From Eledone cirrhosa (Eukaryota), in the NCBI GenBank assembly GCA_964016885.1, contig OZ024741.1:282162001-282226000 (forward strand): a stretch of DNA of 64,000 nt. Direction: 5' to 3'. Positions 52,801 to 61,733 of this stretch are shown here, one piece after another. The notes beneath the pieces were generated by a model. It was not told where the DNA came from. It saw only the letters and a program-made list of their open reading frames with translations, and did no database searches. How positions within the stretch are numbered: position 1 is the stretch's first letter; the number at the start of each line of letters is the position of its first letter. The position numbers were made by a program, and so were the translations under genes.

Positions 52801-54589
52801 TTTCACACCAGGAAAGTATCAATAGTGTAAATAAAGTTACCACAGGGATAACTAGAACCAAATGTAGTATCTGGGAGTAAGGAAAACTGTTGCAGTGATA
52901 ACATATGTCAGCAAAGTTACTACAGAGATAAGTATTTGTAGTAATATCACTTTTTAATCACATAACTCATTAGTGAAGATTAATTCTTTTTTCTTTTATT
53001 GTATTTCTCTCTCAAACATTGGTAACTGAAAGTGAATGCCTTTTGTAACTAACATGATGAAGTCTAATAGATCAAATCTCAGATTAAACATAAAAATTAG
53101 TTTTTATTTCACGATATATCTTTTTATGAAGTATAAAATTTGTAAACATTCAAGCTTCTGTTTTATCATACTGACATATATTTTATAACAAATAACAATA
53201 CTTTTTAGATGTGAATTGCTCACTATAAAGTAGTTGCATTGATGACACAACAAAAAGCACCCAGTCAACACTATAAAGTGGTTGTCGTGTTGGTGACATG
53301 ACAAAAAGCGCTCAGTCCACTCTGTAAAGTTGTTGTGCTGGTGATATACCAAAAAGTGCCCAGTCCACACTGTAAAGTGATTATGTTGGTGATACAACAA
53401 AAAGTGCCCGGTTATACTGTAAAGTGGTCGTGTTGGTAACACAACAAAAAAAAAAAAACGCCCAGCTCACACTGTAAAGTGGTTGTCTTGGTGCCACAAT
53501 AAAAAGCACTCAGTCCACACTGTAAATGTGGTTGGCATTAGGAAGGGCATCCAGCTGTAGAAATCAAGCCAAAAACAGTTCTGTATGAGCAAGACAAGAG
53601 GATTTGTGAAAAGCTTAGAAGAAAATAAGTTGAATGTCATGCACTGGGTGTGTTAAATTAAGTTATAAGAAAGATAAATTTCTTACAAAAGAAAAGGTGA
53701 CTAGTGATTAACCCTTTTGATAACAACTCTGGTTCTATTTCACAAAACTACTCATTTTAAAGTCATCAAAATCAGGGTCAGTACTCAAACAAAGCTACAG
53801 ACCTCTCAGTATATAAATAAAGTATAGTTGTCAGAAGAAGCATAAAAACGTTGTTTGTCACTCGAATAAAAAGAAATATAATAATAAAACATTGTTTATA
53901 ATTAGAATCTAGTACTTTCATTTTTCACTGGACTTATTAAGATATAAAGTTAGTCAAGTTAAGGGCTGAAACACTTGTATGAGGTGGGTTTCTTCTCTGA
54001 AGACCTTCCGCTGTCCAAGTTCTCCTGAGAGTTTCTTACCACTAGTTGTTTTTAAAAGGATATGCAAACAAGAAGTTCTCTGGGTGTATTTTTTGCGTGT
54101 CTTTAAGTAGAGCTGTTATGATTTAGTTTCGGAGTGAATCTTTTTATCAAATATTTCTCCACTTTTAGTTGGTATTTTCGATCATCCCTTGAACATTTAT
54201 AAAAAGGGAATATATTGAATGTGCTGTTTCCACTGGACATCCAGTTGGTCAAACAACTGAATGTTCATTGTTGAAACCAATGGAAGATTTCTCATCAATA
54301 TCTTCATACACAAGCACAAATCCTAAAAGGCGTTGGCTATCTTGTGGCATATTTGCCATTTTAAAGAGCATTAATGATATCAGAAATGGCTTCAACTGTG
54401 ACTAGAATCTGGGTTACAGATTCGGCTTACCACAATTCCATGGCATACATCAACATTGTTGGGTGGCTTGTAATAAATCAAAATCAACATTCAAAATAGC
54501 TACTTACATACTCAGCTTTTGATATCCTTTTTGTATGGAACCCAGCAGATAGTAAAGTTCTTGAAATATATCTGTTTGAAATTAAATCA
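7334..54589 (-). CDS. ADAM (disintegrin and metalloproteinase), meltrin/ADAM12-19-33-like; 18 exons, 5' end not found in the window
   Basis: Manual exon chaining with GT-AG sites and matching phases (3118 nt, ~1038 aa). Domains in order: prodomain ([18 protein letters not shown]), Cys-switch HCG, furin site [29 protein letters not shown] Met-turn, disintegrin, Cys-rich, EGF, TM, Pro-rich tail. Confidence 0.95.
8560..9365. repeat. 50-bp minisatellite, ~16 copies, in the last ADAM intron
   Basis: Unit cagccgtgggggagcaacagactctacagcccagtctaggtggtacatct; end copies more diverged. Confidence 0.97.
9573..9702 (-). CDS. ADAM transmembrane exon ([26 protein letters not shown])
   Basis: Hydrophobic helix with basic stop-transfer; phases fit both neighbours. 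Confidence 0.93.
9925..10630 (+). mobile_element. Non-coding hammerhead-bearing element between (TA)n tracts (PLE pLTR/retrozyme-like)
   Basis: Flanked by (TA)n on both sides; contains a hammerhead motif. Confidence 0.6.
10459..10528 (+). ncRNA. Type I hammerhead ribozyme with extended stem II
   Basis: CCUCGU-CUGACGA-aCGAAUGA..UCAUUCGg-GAA-ACC ucu GGU-A-AUGAGG. Confidence 0.8.
10674..11490 (+). mobile_element. RTE LINE (family C) 3' fragment
   Basis: [16 protein letters not shown]; 3' UTR with internal tandem duplication; (GAT)n tail. Confidence 0.9.
11563..11674 (-). CDS. ADAM EGF exon ([19 protein letters not shown]...GGSVDSG)
   Basis: EGF-like domain plus GGSxDSG motif. Confidence 0.95.
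11700..12020 (-). mobile_element. tRNA-derived SINE, diverged
   Basis: Reverse complement of the gtccttgagcaagacactttatttcac core seen at 23060-23350. Confidence 0.6.
12373..13374. mobile_element. Non-autonomous Tc1/mariner (pogo-like) MITE
   Basis: TIR CAGTC(A/G)AGTCC(G/A)CTTAAGAGTATA, TA TSD, 8 direct subterminal TAAGAGTATA motifs. Confidence 0.88.
12880..12990. mobile_element. hAT-like mini-MITE nested in the pogo-like MITE
   Basis: CAGAGCCGTCTTAAC...GTTAAGATGGC ends; 8-bp TSD cctatatg; GC-rich. Confidence 0.75.
13589..13666 (-). CDS. ADAM exon (ICVEQKC...CPKGCNGHG)
   Basis: Cys-rich/EGF boundary; phase 0/0. Confidence 0.93.
13985..14990 (-). mobile_element. RTE LINE family B, 5'-truncated
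   Basis: WELLYAD, PHD finger, LHGSE, (GAT)n tail. Confidence 0.9.
14991..16428 (+). mobile_element. RTE LINE family C, 5'-truncated, 365-aa open remnant
   Basis: [18 protein letters not shown] finger, YLG, (GAT)n tail. Confidence 0.92.
16631..16835 (-). CDS. ADAM Cys-rich exon (DVRCGMLHC...[15 protein letters not shown])
   Basis: ADAM_CR motif; AG/GT ends. Confidence 0.95.
17407..17582 (-). CDS. ADAM Cys-rich exon (SYCYKGNC...QCQLLWG...GNCG)
   Basis: ADAM_CR motif; AG/GT ends. Confidence 0.95.
17622..18120 (+). mobile_element. RTE LINE 3' fragment
   Basis: Homologous to 27435-27936. Confidence 0.85.
18121..18780 (+). mobile_element. R4/Dong-like (restriction-like endonuclease) LINE 3' fragment
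   Basis: [18 protein letters not shown] zinc knuckle, LWD.RIQTD...NRPDLVV..IID; ends in (AAT)n. Confidence 0.75.
18783..19215 (-). mobile_element. Two tandem SINEs (gcctttcatccttacggggtcgataaaataaagtaccag core)
   Basis: B-box gttcaaatccc and shared core; (ATT)n tails. Further copies near 19950, 22355, 38293, 41685, 44327, 48247, 51530, 52222, 55830 and 56850. Confidence 0.75.
20135..21003 (+). mobile_element. RTE family B remnant (+) preceded by an inverted short RTE tail (20135-20200, -)
   Basis: Degenerate PHD, YLG, LQGSETW; (GAT)n-type tails at both ends. Confidence 0.8.
21061..21192 (-). CDS. ADAM disintegrin-loop exon ([16 protein letters not shown])
   Basis: CRxxxxECDLxEYCxG motif. 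Confidence 0.96.
22355..22550 (+). mobile_element. tRNA-derived SINE
   Basis: A/B boxes, core, (ATT)n tail. Confidence 0.75.
22879..22974 (-). CDS. ADAM disintegrin exon ([32 protein letters not shown])
   Basis: Disintegrin Cys pattern; gtgagt donor. Confidence 0.95.
23060..23352 (+). mobile_element. tRNA-derived SINE with RTE-type 3' tail
   Basis: tggctaagtgg A box, gttcgattccc B box, core, (GAT)n tail. Confidence 0.8.
23575..23828 (-). mobile_element. tRNA-derived SINE
   Basis: Reverse-complement head ggcgcatggcttagtggttaaagc...gttcaatac plus core. Confidence 0.8.
23956..24269 (-). mobile_element. Possible non-autonomous Helitron 5' fragment
   Basis: Minus strand starts a|TCTAAACTATAATAAAG; no 3' CTRR/hairpin seen. 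Confidence 0.4.
24317..24609. repeat. Imperfect inverted repeat, ~125-bp arms, ~40-bp spacer
   Basis: 24317-24442 vs 24484-24609. Confidence 0.8.
25573..27936 (+). mobile_element. Young 5'-truncated RTE LINE: full RT plus PHD finger, no endonuclease
   Basis: ORF 25618-27633 with [27 protein letters not shown]; one frameshift near 25640; starts at (TA)n; (GAT)n tail. Confidence 0.96.
28944..29112 (-). CDS. ADAM exon, protease end/disintegrin start (WSSCS...[15 protein letters not shown])
   Basis: CGNxxVExGEECDCG motif. Confidence 0.96.
30039..30178 (-). CDS. ADAM catalytic exon ([15 protein letters not shown]...CIM)
   Basis: Intact HExxHxxGxxHD zinc-binding motif and Met-turn. Confidence 0.97.
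32272..32356 (-). CDS. ADAM exon ([28 protein letters not shown])
   Basis: Reprolysin motif; AG/GT ends. Confidence 0.95.
32494..32840 (+). mobile_element. tRNA-derived SINE head joined to an RTE 3' UTR/tail
   Basis: tggcttagtggttagagc..gttcaattc, core, ttaggaagggcatccagc, (GAT)n. Confidence 0.8.
33062..33100 (-). ncRNA. Minimal type I hammerhead ribozyme
   Basis: UGAAC-CUGAAGA-uUGU gaaa GCAu-GAA-AGUACU-U-GUUCA. Confidence 0.72.
33358..33458 (+). promoter_or_regulatory. Putative pLTR Pol II promoter (CCAAT, ATTGG, TATATAAG)
   Basis: Motifs lie ~70-160 nt upstream of the hammerhead at 33520; motif match only. Confidence 0.35.
33520..33558 (+). ncRNA. Minimal type I hammerhead ribozyme
   Basis: UGAAC-CUGAAGA-uUGC ggaa GCAu-GAA-AGUACU-U-GUUCA. 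Confidence 0.75.
33722..34250 (-). mobile_element. Penelope-like element 3' end (GIY-YIG C-terminal part plus pLTR)
   Basis: [28 protein letters not shown]; (TA)n on both sides. Confidence 0.85.
33752..33791 (-). ncRNA. Minimal type I hammerhead ribozyme
   Basis: CCGAG-CUGAAGA-uCC gcuaa GGu-GAA-ACAAUUGU-U-CUCGG. Confidence 0.78.
34603..34683 (-). ncRNA. Type I hammerhead ribozyme, long stem II
   Basis: Near reverse complement of 35007-35087. Confidence 0.78.
35007..35087 (+). ncRNA. Type I hammerhead ribozyme, long stem II
   Basis: UGCUUU-CUGAAGA-GCC..AUUGGAA..UUCCAAU..GGC-GAA-ACCG u CGGU-A-AAAGCA. Confidence 0.8.
35328..36064 (-). mobile_element. RTE LINE 3' fragment
   Basis: [16 protein letters not shown]..; (GAT)n tail. 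Confidence 0.92.
36090..37580 (+). mobile_element. RTE family C fragment (RT plus PHD, degenerate)
   Basis: RT motifs with stops and frameshifts. Confidence 0.9.
37936..38114 (-). CDS. ADAM exon ([17 protein letters not shown]...NDNAQLLV)
   Basis: Reprolysin motifs; AG/GT ends. Confidence 0.95.
38533..38595 (-). CDS. ADAM exon ([21 protein letters not shown])
   Basis: RLxxIANxV motif; phase 0/0. Confidence 0.88.
39403..40100. repeat. (GA)n-derived and (TA)n/(TACA) microsatellites
   Basis: Direct reading. Confidence 0.95.
40270..40546 (+). mobile_element. RTE 3' UTR/tail
   Basis: Homologous to 27665-27936. Confidence 0.88.
40630..40820. mobile_element. Short fold-back of the 5261-5699 family
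   Basis: Shared aggttat..ggagtaaatatacaatat; palindrome centred near 40765. Confidence 0.75.
41550..41633 (-). CDS. ADAM exon, metalloprotease start ([28 protein letters not shown])
   Basis: YVELYLVAD reprolysin motif; AG/GT ends. Confidence 0.95.
43559..43620 (-). CDS. ADAM exon, prodomain end ([21 protein letters not shown])
   Basis: ttcag/gtaggt; joining to the next exon creates the RVRR furin site. Confidence 0.85.
43770..44095 (+). repeat. ~50-bp tandem array derived from the RTE 3' UTR subrepeat
   Basis: ctgtaaggtgatagtgctggtaccatgacaaaaaagcac.cagtccacc, about 7 copies. Confidence 0.75.
46430..47690 (-). mobile_element. R4/Dong-like LINE 3' fragment, degenerate
   Basis: [43 protein letters not shown]. 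Confidence 0.8.
47726..47841 (-). CDS. ADAM exon, prodomain ([17 protein letters not shown]...SHCG, Cys-switch)
   Basis: YxIEP motif; phase 2 in, phase 1 out; AG/GT ends. Confidence 0.92.
49398..49605. repeat. ~44-bp minisatellite, ~4.5 copies
   Basis: aatcaaacaccctaaaccacacctagtaagggttactgttacat. Confidence 0.9.
50330..51045 (+). mobile_element. R4/Dong-like LINE 3' fragment
   Basis: [42 protein letters not shown]. Confidence 0.82.
51397..51510 (-). pseudogene. 5S rRNA-derived copy (pseudogene or SINE3 head)
   Basis: TACGGCCATATCACGCTGAAAACACCGGTTCTCGTCCGATCACCGAAGTTAAGC..AGTACTTAGATGGGTGA..GGGAA..GGTGCCGTAAG, followed by A12. Confidence 0.92.
51963..52045 (-). CDS. ADAM exon, prodomain ([28 protein letters not shown])
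   Basis: Hallmark ADAM prodomain motif; AG/GT ends. Confidence 0.93.
53220..53600 (+). mobile_element. RTE 3' UTR with an expanded ~52-bp subrepeat array
   Basis: Repeated ctgtaaagtg..aaaaagcacccagt followed by ttaggaagggcatccagc. Confidence 0.75.
54110..54330 (-). mobile_element. Old PLE GIY-YIG C-terminal fragment
   Basis: FNIFPFYK...[15 protein letters not shown], resembling PLE endonuclease ends. Confidence 0.6.
54508..54589 (-). CDS. ADAM exon, prodomain ([27 protein letters not shown])
   Basis: tccag acceptor, gtaagt donor, open frame, phase fits the next exon. Confidence 0.75.
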
Positions 54590-57294
54590 CTGGAAAAGAA
54601 AACAAAGACAGTTTTTTTCATTTAATAAAATTTAAATTTATTTCATCATTTAACATTCAAAATATTTTGTAAGTAAAATAAATATTGCATGAAAAATAAA
54701 TATTCCATTTTCTAAAATTCCTTTTGATTAGACAGAAAACCAATATACTATAAAAAGTAAAGTCCATCCAATGGGCTTCCAAACGGTTTCGTTCTACCCA
54801 ATTTCACTCACAGGGCATAGGTCAACATGGGACTATGGTAAATGACACTTGCCCAAGATTCCATACAGTGGAATTGAACCTGGGACCTAATGATTGTGAA
54901 GCAACTTTCTTAACCCTTCAGCCATTCTGTGCCTCCTGTGCCTATACAAAAGTAGGTGATCAATAAGCAGCATTGTTTAGCTCTAAAGTTTAGAGTGAGG
55001 ATTCCACTAACTCAGCAACCATACTCAGTCTATTGCACTTAATTTAGTTGACTGGTACAGGTTCACAATCTCTTATCTGAAAACCTTGGGACCAGACACT
55101 TTTCGGATTTTGGAATGGAAAATTTTTAATGTAGATTTAAAAGTTTTTTAAATAAAACATTACAGGCGACAGGTTGGCTTAGTGGTTGAGTGCTTGGCTC
55201 GCGGCCACAAAGTTGAGAGTTTGCGCATCAATCCTGGCAGTTACTCGGTGAGGAAGGTAGCACTCTCTTGTCATACATTTTCACAGTCTTCAAAGTAAAA
55301 AAAAAATCAGCAAAAATAAACAAAATTTCCGTGAGCAGCAGAGGCGATGTGCGTCTGACTGGTAGGAGCACTGAGATACAACTGCATGACCTGGGTTGAC
55401 AGTGGGTCGTTTTGGGGTCAAGTTTGGTGCCAAACGTGTGCAGATGATATCCTGGAAAAAAATGTTCAGTTTTCGGAATTTTATTGAACTCCACAGGATT
55501 TGAACTCAGGATAAAGCACTTGAACAAATGCTGCAATGTATTTTGTTTAACGCCCAATCCACCACCCACTAAAGAACATTCGGCTCAACACTAGCAACAT
55601 GGGGAAGGGGAAAGTCAATTATATCGACCTCAGTACTGGACTGACATTTTACTTTATTGACTCCAGAAGTGATGAAAGGCATAGTTGAACTCAGATTTTA
55701 AAGAGGCAGTTGAAAGATTCTGCCAATCCAACACCAACACCATATAATGAATCGTAATTATTAGGATATTGGGATAATTTAGAACCAACTTTGTAATTTC
55801 TAAATAATTATCTCTTTGAAATATTGATTTCTAAGTTAGGCATGAGGCCAATAAATTTGGGGGGAAAGTAAATTTGATTAAATCAACCCCAGTACTTGAC
55901 TGATACTTTATTTTATTGAACCCAGAAGAATGATAGGCAAAGTTTACCGTGGTGGAATTTGAACTCAAAATGTAATGAGCCAAAACAAATACTGCAATGA
56001 CATTTTATGTGATTCTCAACCAATTATGCTAATCCACTACTCTTTCAATATTTCTTTGAAATATTAAAAATAGATGTTGGATTATGGCTTCTTAACAACA
56101 TTTTGCACATCATAAGTAGAGAAGGATAGCACAAAGAACGCTGGTGATGCATTAATATAGACAAAAGAGGAAGCTGATAGAGTAGAAGTTGAGAAAAAGA
56201 AAGAAAACAGAGGTGGTAAGATTGTTTAAAAAAATAATAAATAAATAGATAATTTATTCATTTTTAATTTTCATGGAAAATAAGTAATTGAATTAGATAA
56301 CATTGCAATCAAATTAAGATATTATCATCTTATTACAAAATATATCTTCTAATATACAAATCAATCAACCAATATCTTATTTATCTCACACATTTGTTAA
56401 ATGGTTGATTTTTATGATTACACCACTTTTATGTTCACAAAATGTTGGCAATGGGTAATTAGCATTAATGACTTTCTTATGAAGCCACAAGTTTTGATAT
56501 CAGCTTTTTCCAAGGTACTCACCACAATATAGTAATAACTGTGCATAATAATTAATTAAAATGCTGAAAATAATTAAAGAAAATGAATAAATTTGATAAT
56601 ATTTTCATTGAACTTCAAAGGATATTTTTGATGTTAACAACATCACCAAAATTACCTTACAAGTTCAATGAAACTATCAATTTTGCCCCTCTTTAATTAT
56701 GTATATAAAACCGTCAATACATTTTTAAAAATATGTCTATGATATTTGCTAGCTTTCATTGCTGTCTGCATGCACATAGAAACACTTTGACTCACCATTG
56801 CAAGCTAGTAAAACTCAAGAATTATATATTCTTTTTTCTGTATCTATATTGGTTTCTGATTTAGGTACAAGGGCAACAATTTTTTGGGGGAGGAGAAAGG
56901 TGATTAAATTGACTCTAGTACATTACTAGTGCTTTATTTTATTGGCCCTGTAAAGATGAAAGGCAGAGCTAATCTCAGCAGGATTTGAACTCAGAATGTA
57001 ATAAATGTTATATGTTATAAAGTATGTTATCTGATGATCTAATGATACTGCCAATCCATCACCCTTGACCAGTACATAATCATTGTACTTATTTTGCTTA
57101 GCTCTTTGGATGTAATAGATTATGTGAATATTTTAAACCGCATCTTAGAATATTCTGTCTTATGAAAATTTGCCCATTCTTGTTTCATAAAATTTTGTTT
57201 TGATACGACAAACTTCAAACAGCACTCAGGTAAGCAATGGGCTTATAGCTTTTCTGCCAAATCAGTGTATGTGCGTGTGTGTGTGTGTGTGTAT

Positions 57295-58030
57295 ATCATC
57301 ATCATCATTTTATGTCCGCTTTTCCCTGCTAGCAAGGACGGGACGGGTCTTATTCAGCACAGCATCTCTCCACTTGTCACGGTCCTTCGTCATCTCCACC
57401 ATGAGCTTCAGTGATCTGAGGTCTGTTCTCACCATCTCCGCCCACGTATTTTGTGGTCTACCTCTACCAACTGGCATTTCCTGGCACTTCTTCACCCATC
57501 GGTCATCCTCCATGCACATCACATGTCCATATCACCGCAGTCTCCTCTCTCGCACACTACATTCTATCCCTCCCAGACACAGTTTCTCTCTCAACACATC
57601 CATGCTGGGTCGTTCACGCACATTGACATTGCACATCCAATGGAGCATGCTTGCCTCATTTCTCTCCAGCCATCGCATATCCTCTGCAGTTGCTGCCCAT
57701 GTCTCACTACCATGCAGCATCGCGCTCCTCACACAGGCATCATATAACCGGCCTTTCATACGCAGGGAGAAACCCTTCTTCAGCAGAGGAAGCAGCTCCC
57801 TAAACTTCTTCCAACCTGTCCTTATTCTAAATACTATAGCCTCGGAACACCTCCCTCCCATGCTAATCTGATCCCCTAGCTATCCCCCACTTCTATAGCA
57901 CCCGCCTGCATTTGAAAAATGTGTCTATCAATGCAACTTCTACTGTCTAATTTCCCTGTACATCTACTGCATACATATTTCTCCCTACCTGTTAGTTTGC
58001 CTGCTATCCCACTACATCTCTTGTGTACCC
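57295..58030 (-). mobile_element. RTE family B 3' fragment
   Basis: Homologous to 13985-14750. Confidence 0.88.
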
Positions 58031-58205
58031 AAATATATATTGTGAGAGGCTTACTGATCATAGTATCGTTGTGTACTTCAGCAAGACATTTTATTTCACG
58101 TTGCTCCAGGCTGTTCTATTGAATGAACAACAGGAACATTCGTCGTCGTAAATGATGGAGGTCCAACAACATAGATGAATGTGAATATGAATGTTTCATC
58201 ACAGT

Positions 58206-58450
58206 TAGTGGTGGCCTAGTGGTAAAGGTGTTGGACTTACAATCATGTCGCGGACTGGGTTGTGTGTTGTGTTCTTGCGCAAAACATTTCATTTTCACGT
58301 CTCTGTACCACTATACTCAGCTGAAAATGAGTACCAGTATAGATGAGGGTTAAACCCTGCGATGGACTAGCGTCCTGTCATCAAGTACTCTCAGTCGCTT
58401 CACGCCATGGAAACTGGGATAAGTAGAAGCCTTCGAGTTTGAGACAGACT
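58206..58450 (+). mobile_element. tRNA-derived SINE
   Basis: tggcctagtggtaaagg head, core, ccctgcgatggactagcgtcc domain. Confidence 0.7.
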
Positions 58451-58544
58451 TTAGACTTAATGAAGTAAACATAACTTTAAACTTTTCTCATTTTCTATTC
58501 TCCGCTGGAGAGAACTCGTCCATGGAACTCGGGAATTTAACTTG

Positions 58545-58624
<80 letters not shown>

Positions 58625-58626
<2 letters not shown>

Positions 58627-59225
58627 ATGTATGTATGAATGTATGTCAGGTCACCAGTTGGTGCTACTGGTAACATGTATCCCAGTACAACCTGTCTCAT
58701 GGTCGGGTCGTTGGCGACTAAACTGGCAACCCCACCAAGGTTTCTTGGTGAGGAGGGTGACTTTGGACATCCTGCATGACTAAAGACAAAACCTGTCAAA
58801 GGGCAAAGGAGCTCATAAGAGTCAATGGCCATCCAAAATCACCGGGAGATATGATCCCTTAGCCTTTGTCAAGGCAGAATTCTAGGAGAAGGAAAACTCT
58901 GATATAACACCTGCAACCCTGATGGTATCCAATGATGTTGACTTGTTCTTCTTTTTGGTAAATATCATCTTGGTTAAGAGAGTGGGACTGGCTTTGTGCA
59001 GTGCCTTTGCTCACTATAAAAGCTTCACGGCACAGGCATTGTTTTATATCTGGAGATCTCTCTGCACTTGTCGTCACATGGTACCATGGGCCCAGCACTA
59101 TGTGTCAATAATTGTCACAAGTTTGTACCAGAGTTTTCAAGTTGCTGGTTGGACTAAAAAGTCACACTCGTTCAGCACATCGGTAGGGGTTCTCAAAATG
59201 GATATAACGTAGTGGCCATACTCGA
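58625..59225 (+). mobile_element. Probable RTE-type 5' UTR / non-autonomous element between (TA)n tracts
   Basis: taggagaaggaaaactctga and aaaacctgtc motifs resemble RTE leaders; no ORF. Confidence 0.4.
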
Positions 59226-59245
59226 AATCGAGTTGGCAGCCACCA

Positions 59246-59278
<33 letters not shown>

Positions 59279-59321
59279 ATATATATATATATACCTATAT
59301 ATATATATGCCTATATATATG

Positions 59322-59369
<48 letters not shown>

Positions 59370-59696
59370 TAAAAGGAAAAGAAAATGCTGACAAATTGTT
59401 CCCAGTGAAAAATAGTTTAATTAGGAATAAGTAAAAATTAGTAATAGTATTGTTTAGTATTCAGTTTTGGTTTTAAGTTTTACCGGTTGCGCATTTCTAA
59501 TGCTTTTCAAAAATAATTTTGAGATAGAGCGCCCGTGATGTTTGCTCTAATCTGATTAGTTTTGGAAATTCTACCTGTTTTATGTAAAATAAGTGGCTCC
59601 AGATGTATGAAAAAATTCTTATGGTCAAAACAATTTTGATTGGTCGGTAGAGGTCATGTGAATGTATATATATGCCTATATATATATATATATATA

Positions 59697-60045
59697 TCAT
59701 CATCATCATCATCAACGTTTAACGCCCGTGTTCCACGCTTGCATGGGTTTGGACGGGGGTTTTCCACTCGCATAGGACTGCCTGGCGGGTTTTCTACAGC
59801 TGGATGCCCTTCCTAACACCAACCACATTTACAGTGTGGGTCTGGGAGGTTTTTACCGTGTTGCCTACACGGCCACATTACAGCGTGGACTGTGTGTTTT
59901 TTTTGTCGTGACACCTACACGATCTCGTTTGTTTCGGCCTGGATGTTGTGGCACCAACATAACTTTGCATTGAAGGGGGCAGTGTGGATGGGGTGGGACG
60001 GTGGTGTATTTTGTTAGAGATGCCTACTGACTAGTAGGTTTTATT
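59697..60045 (-). mobile_element. RTE family C 3' UTR/tail
   Basis: Reverse complement of about 10995-11490. Confidence 0.85.
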
Positions 60046-60148
60046 ATTATAACACAATATAATACATTATAATAATAATAATATATTTATACCAACATTA
60101 AAATTCAAATTAAAAATCAAAAGGTACAATATATACATGTATATATGT

Positions 60149-60184
<36 letters not shown>

Positions 60185-61733
60185 CTATGTTCTATCACAC
60201 AGAAATTAAGCCCTATTAGAAGTTTGAATATTAAAAATAAGCATGGTAATAGTGAAAATAATACTAATACATCTACCCAATATACATGGGGCAATAATAT
60301 GATATAATTACAAGAAACACTTATAACAAATAATAAACAACAAAATTATATAATTCAATACAATATAATAAAGTAGAATAGATAATCCCCGGTTAATTTA
60401 CAGAAACAATATAGATGTCACAATGAAATACAATGATAAAATGTTAACATTATATTAACAATTACCATAAACAATATGTACAAAATGATTCATACTGGGT
60501 TACATAATAAATGAGGAAATATAAATCATATAATATAATACTCAAAAAAACTATAATGGTACAGGGAACAATTATGATGTTACAGAAAAAATATGATGTT
60601 ACAGAAAAAAATATACAGACATCTAACATGATATGTAAAGTCTAAATATCATAATGTTACATATTACAATATTAAAATATTAAAAAATCCAGACATCTTA
60701 CATGATATATAAAGTTTAAATATCATAATGTTATATATAATAAACGGTAAGTAATAAGGATCTATATCATAATGTAATATATTTTAAAATTGACATAAAA
60801 TATATAAATACTTATAATTACAAGGTTAGTAGACAGACATGTGTGGATGAGTGAGCGAAGCCAGACAGTGAATAGTAAATAGAATATAGAATAAAACAAA
60901 TAAATACAATCAACCGGAAATTACAAAACAAAAGCAAATGTATACACATTTAGGCCTCGCGTGCATTAAGAAATTAGGTAAACACCAAGGAAAGCGATCA
61001 TTTTAAATGACTCCAAACCCTATCTGATAAATTAATATTAAAAATATCAAACCCGTCGATAAGGTAGTATAATATTAGCTATAGTTTAAGTCATTAAAGT
61101 ATATAAACTTTAATGTATCATTACAAATGTTTACAAAAAGGAATAAAATTACACTATCATATACGCAACGATATCTAAAAAACTGACTTAAGTAGAGTTA
61201 AGGTAGGCTAATGGGGACAGAATTGACAAAATATATGGAGGGTGCGAAGTGGCATAAAATATATTCGATATACTATAATAAATAATAATAGAACAGAGCA
61301 TAAAAGAGGGGGGGGTTAAATATAATCATATTCAATCTGGAGGGGTTGACAATAAGTTTATGTGTGCATGGGGGTGGGGGTGGGGGGAGGGGGGGGGGGA
61401 GAGAAGGGGGGTTGGGTTGTCGATAGATAAATCAGAATAGACTTAGAAATAAAAATAGAATTAAAAATAAAAATAAAAATAAAAATAATGTTAAAATTAA
61501 AATTAAAGTTAATAATAATAAAAAAAATATAAAGATAATAATAGAATAACGTAAGTGGTATAAAGTGTGTAATCTTATGTATACTAACAAGGTGTAATAG
61601 TGAAGACATAGATATGGTACAGTGGCCAAATGATTATGAGAGCTAGAATGAAGAGTCATCAAAAACCAATGATAACATTAGTGTTGGCAAACAAAAGAAC
61701 CCAAACAAAAAACTAAGTAATGGAATATATCTG

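Noticed and set aside
59484-59574. Candidate upstream ADAM exon (cag...gtaaaa)
   Set aside because: Stop codons in all three frames
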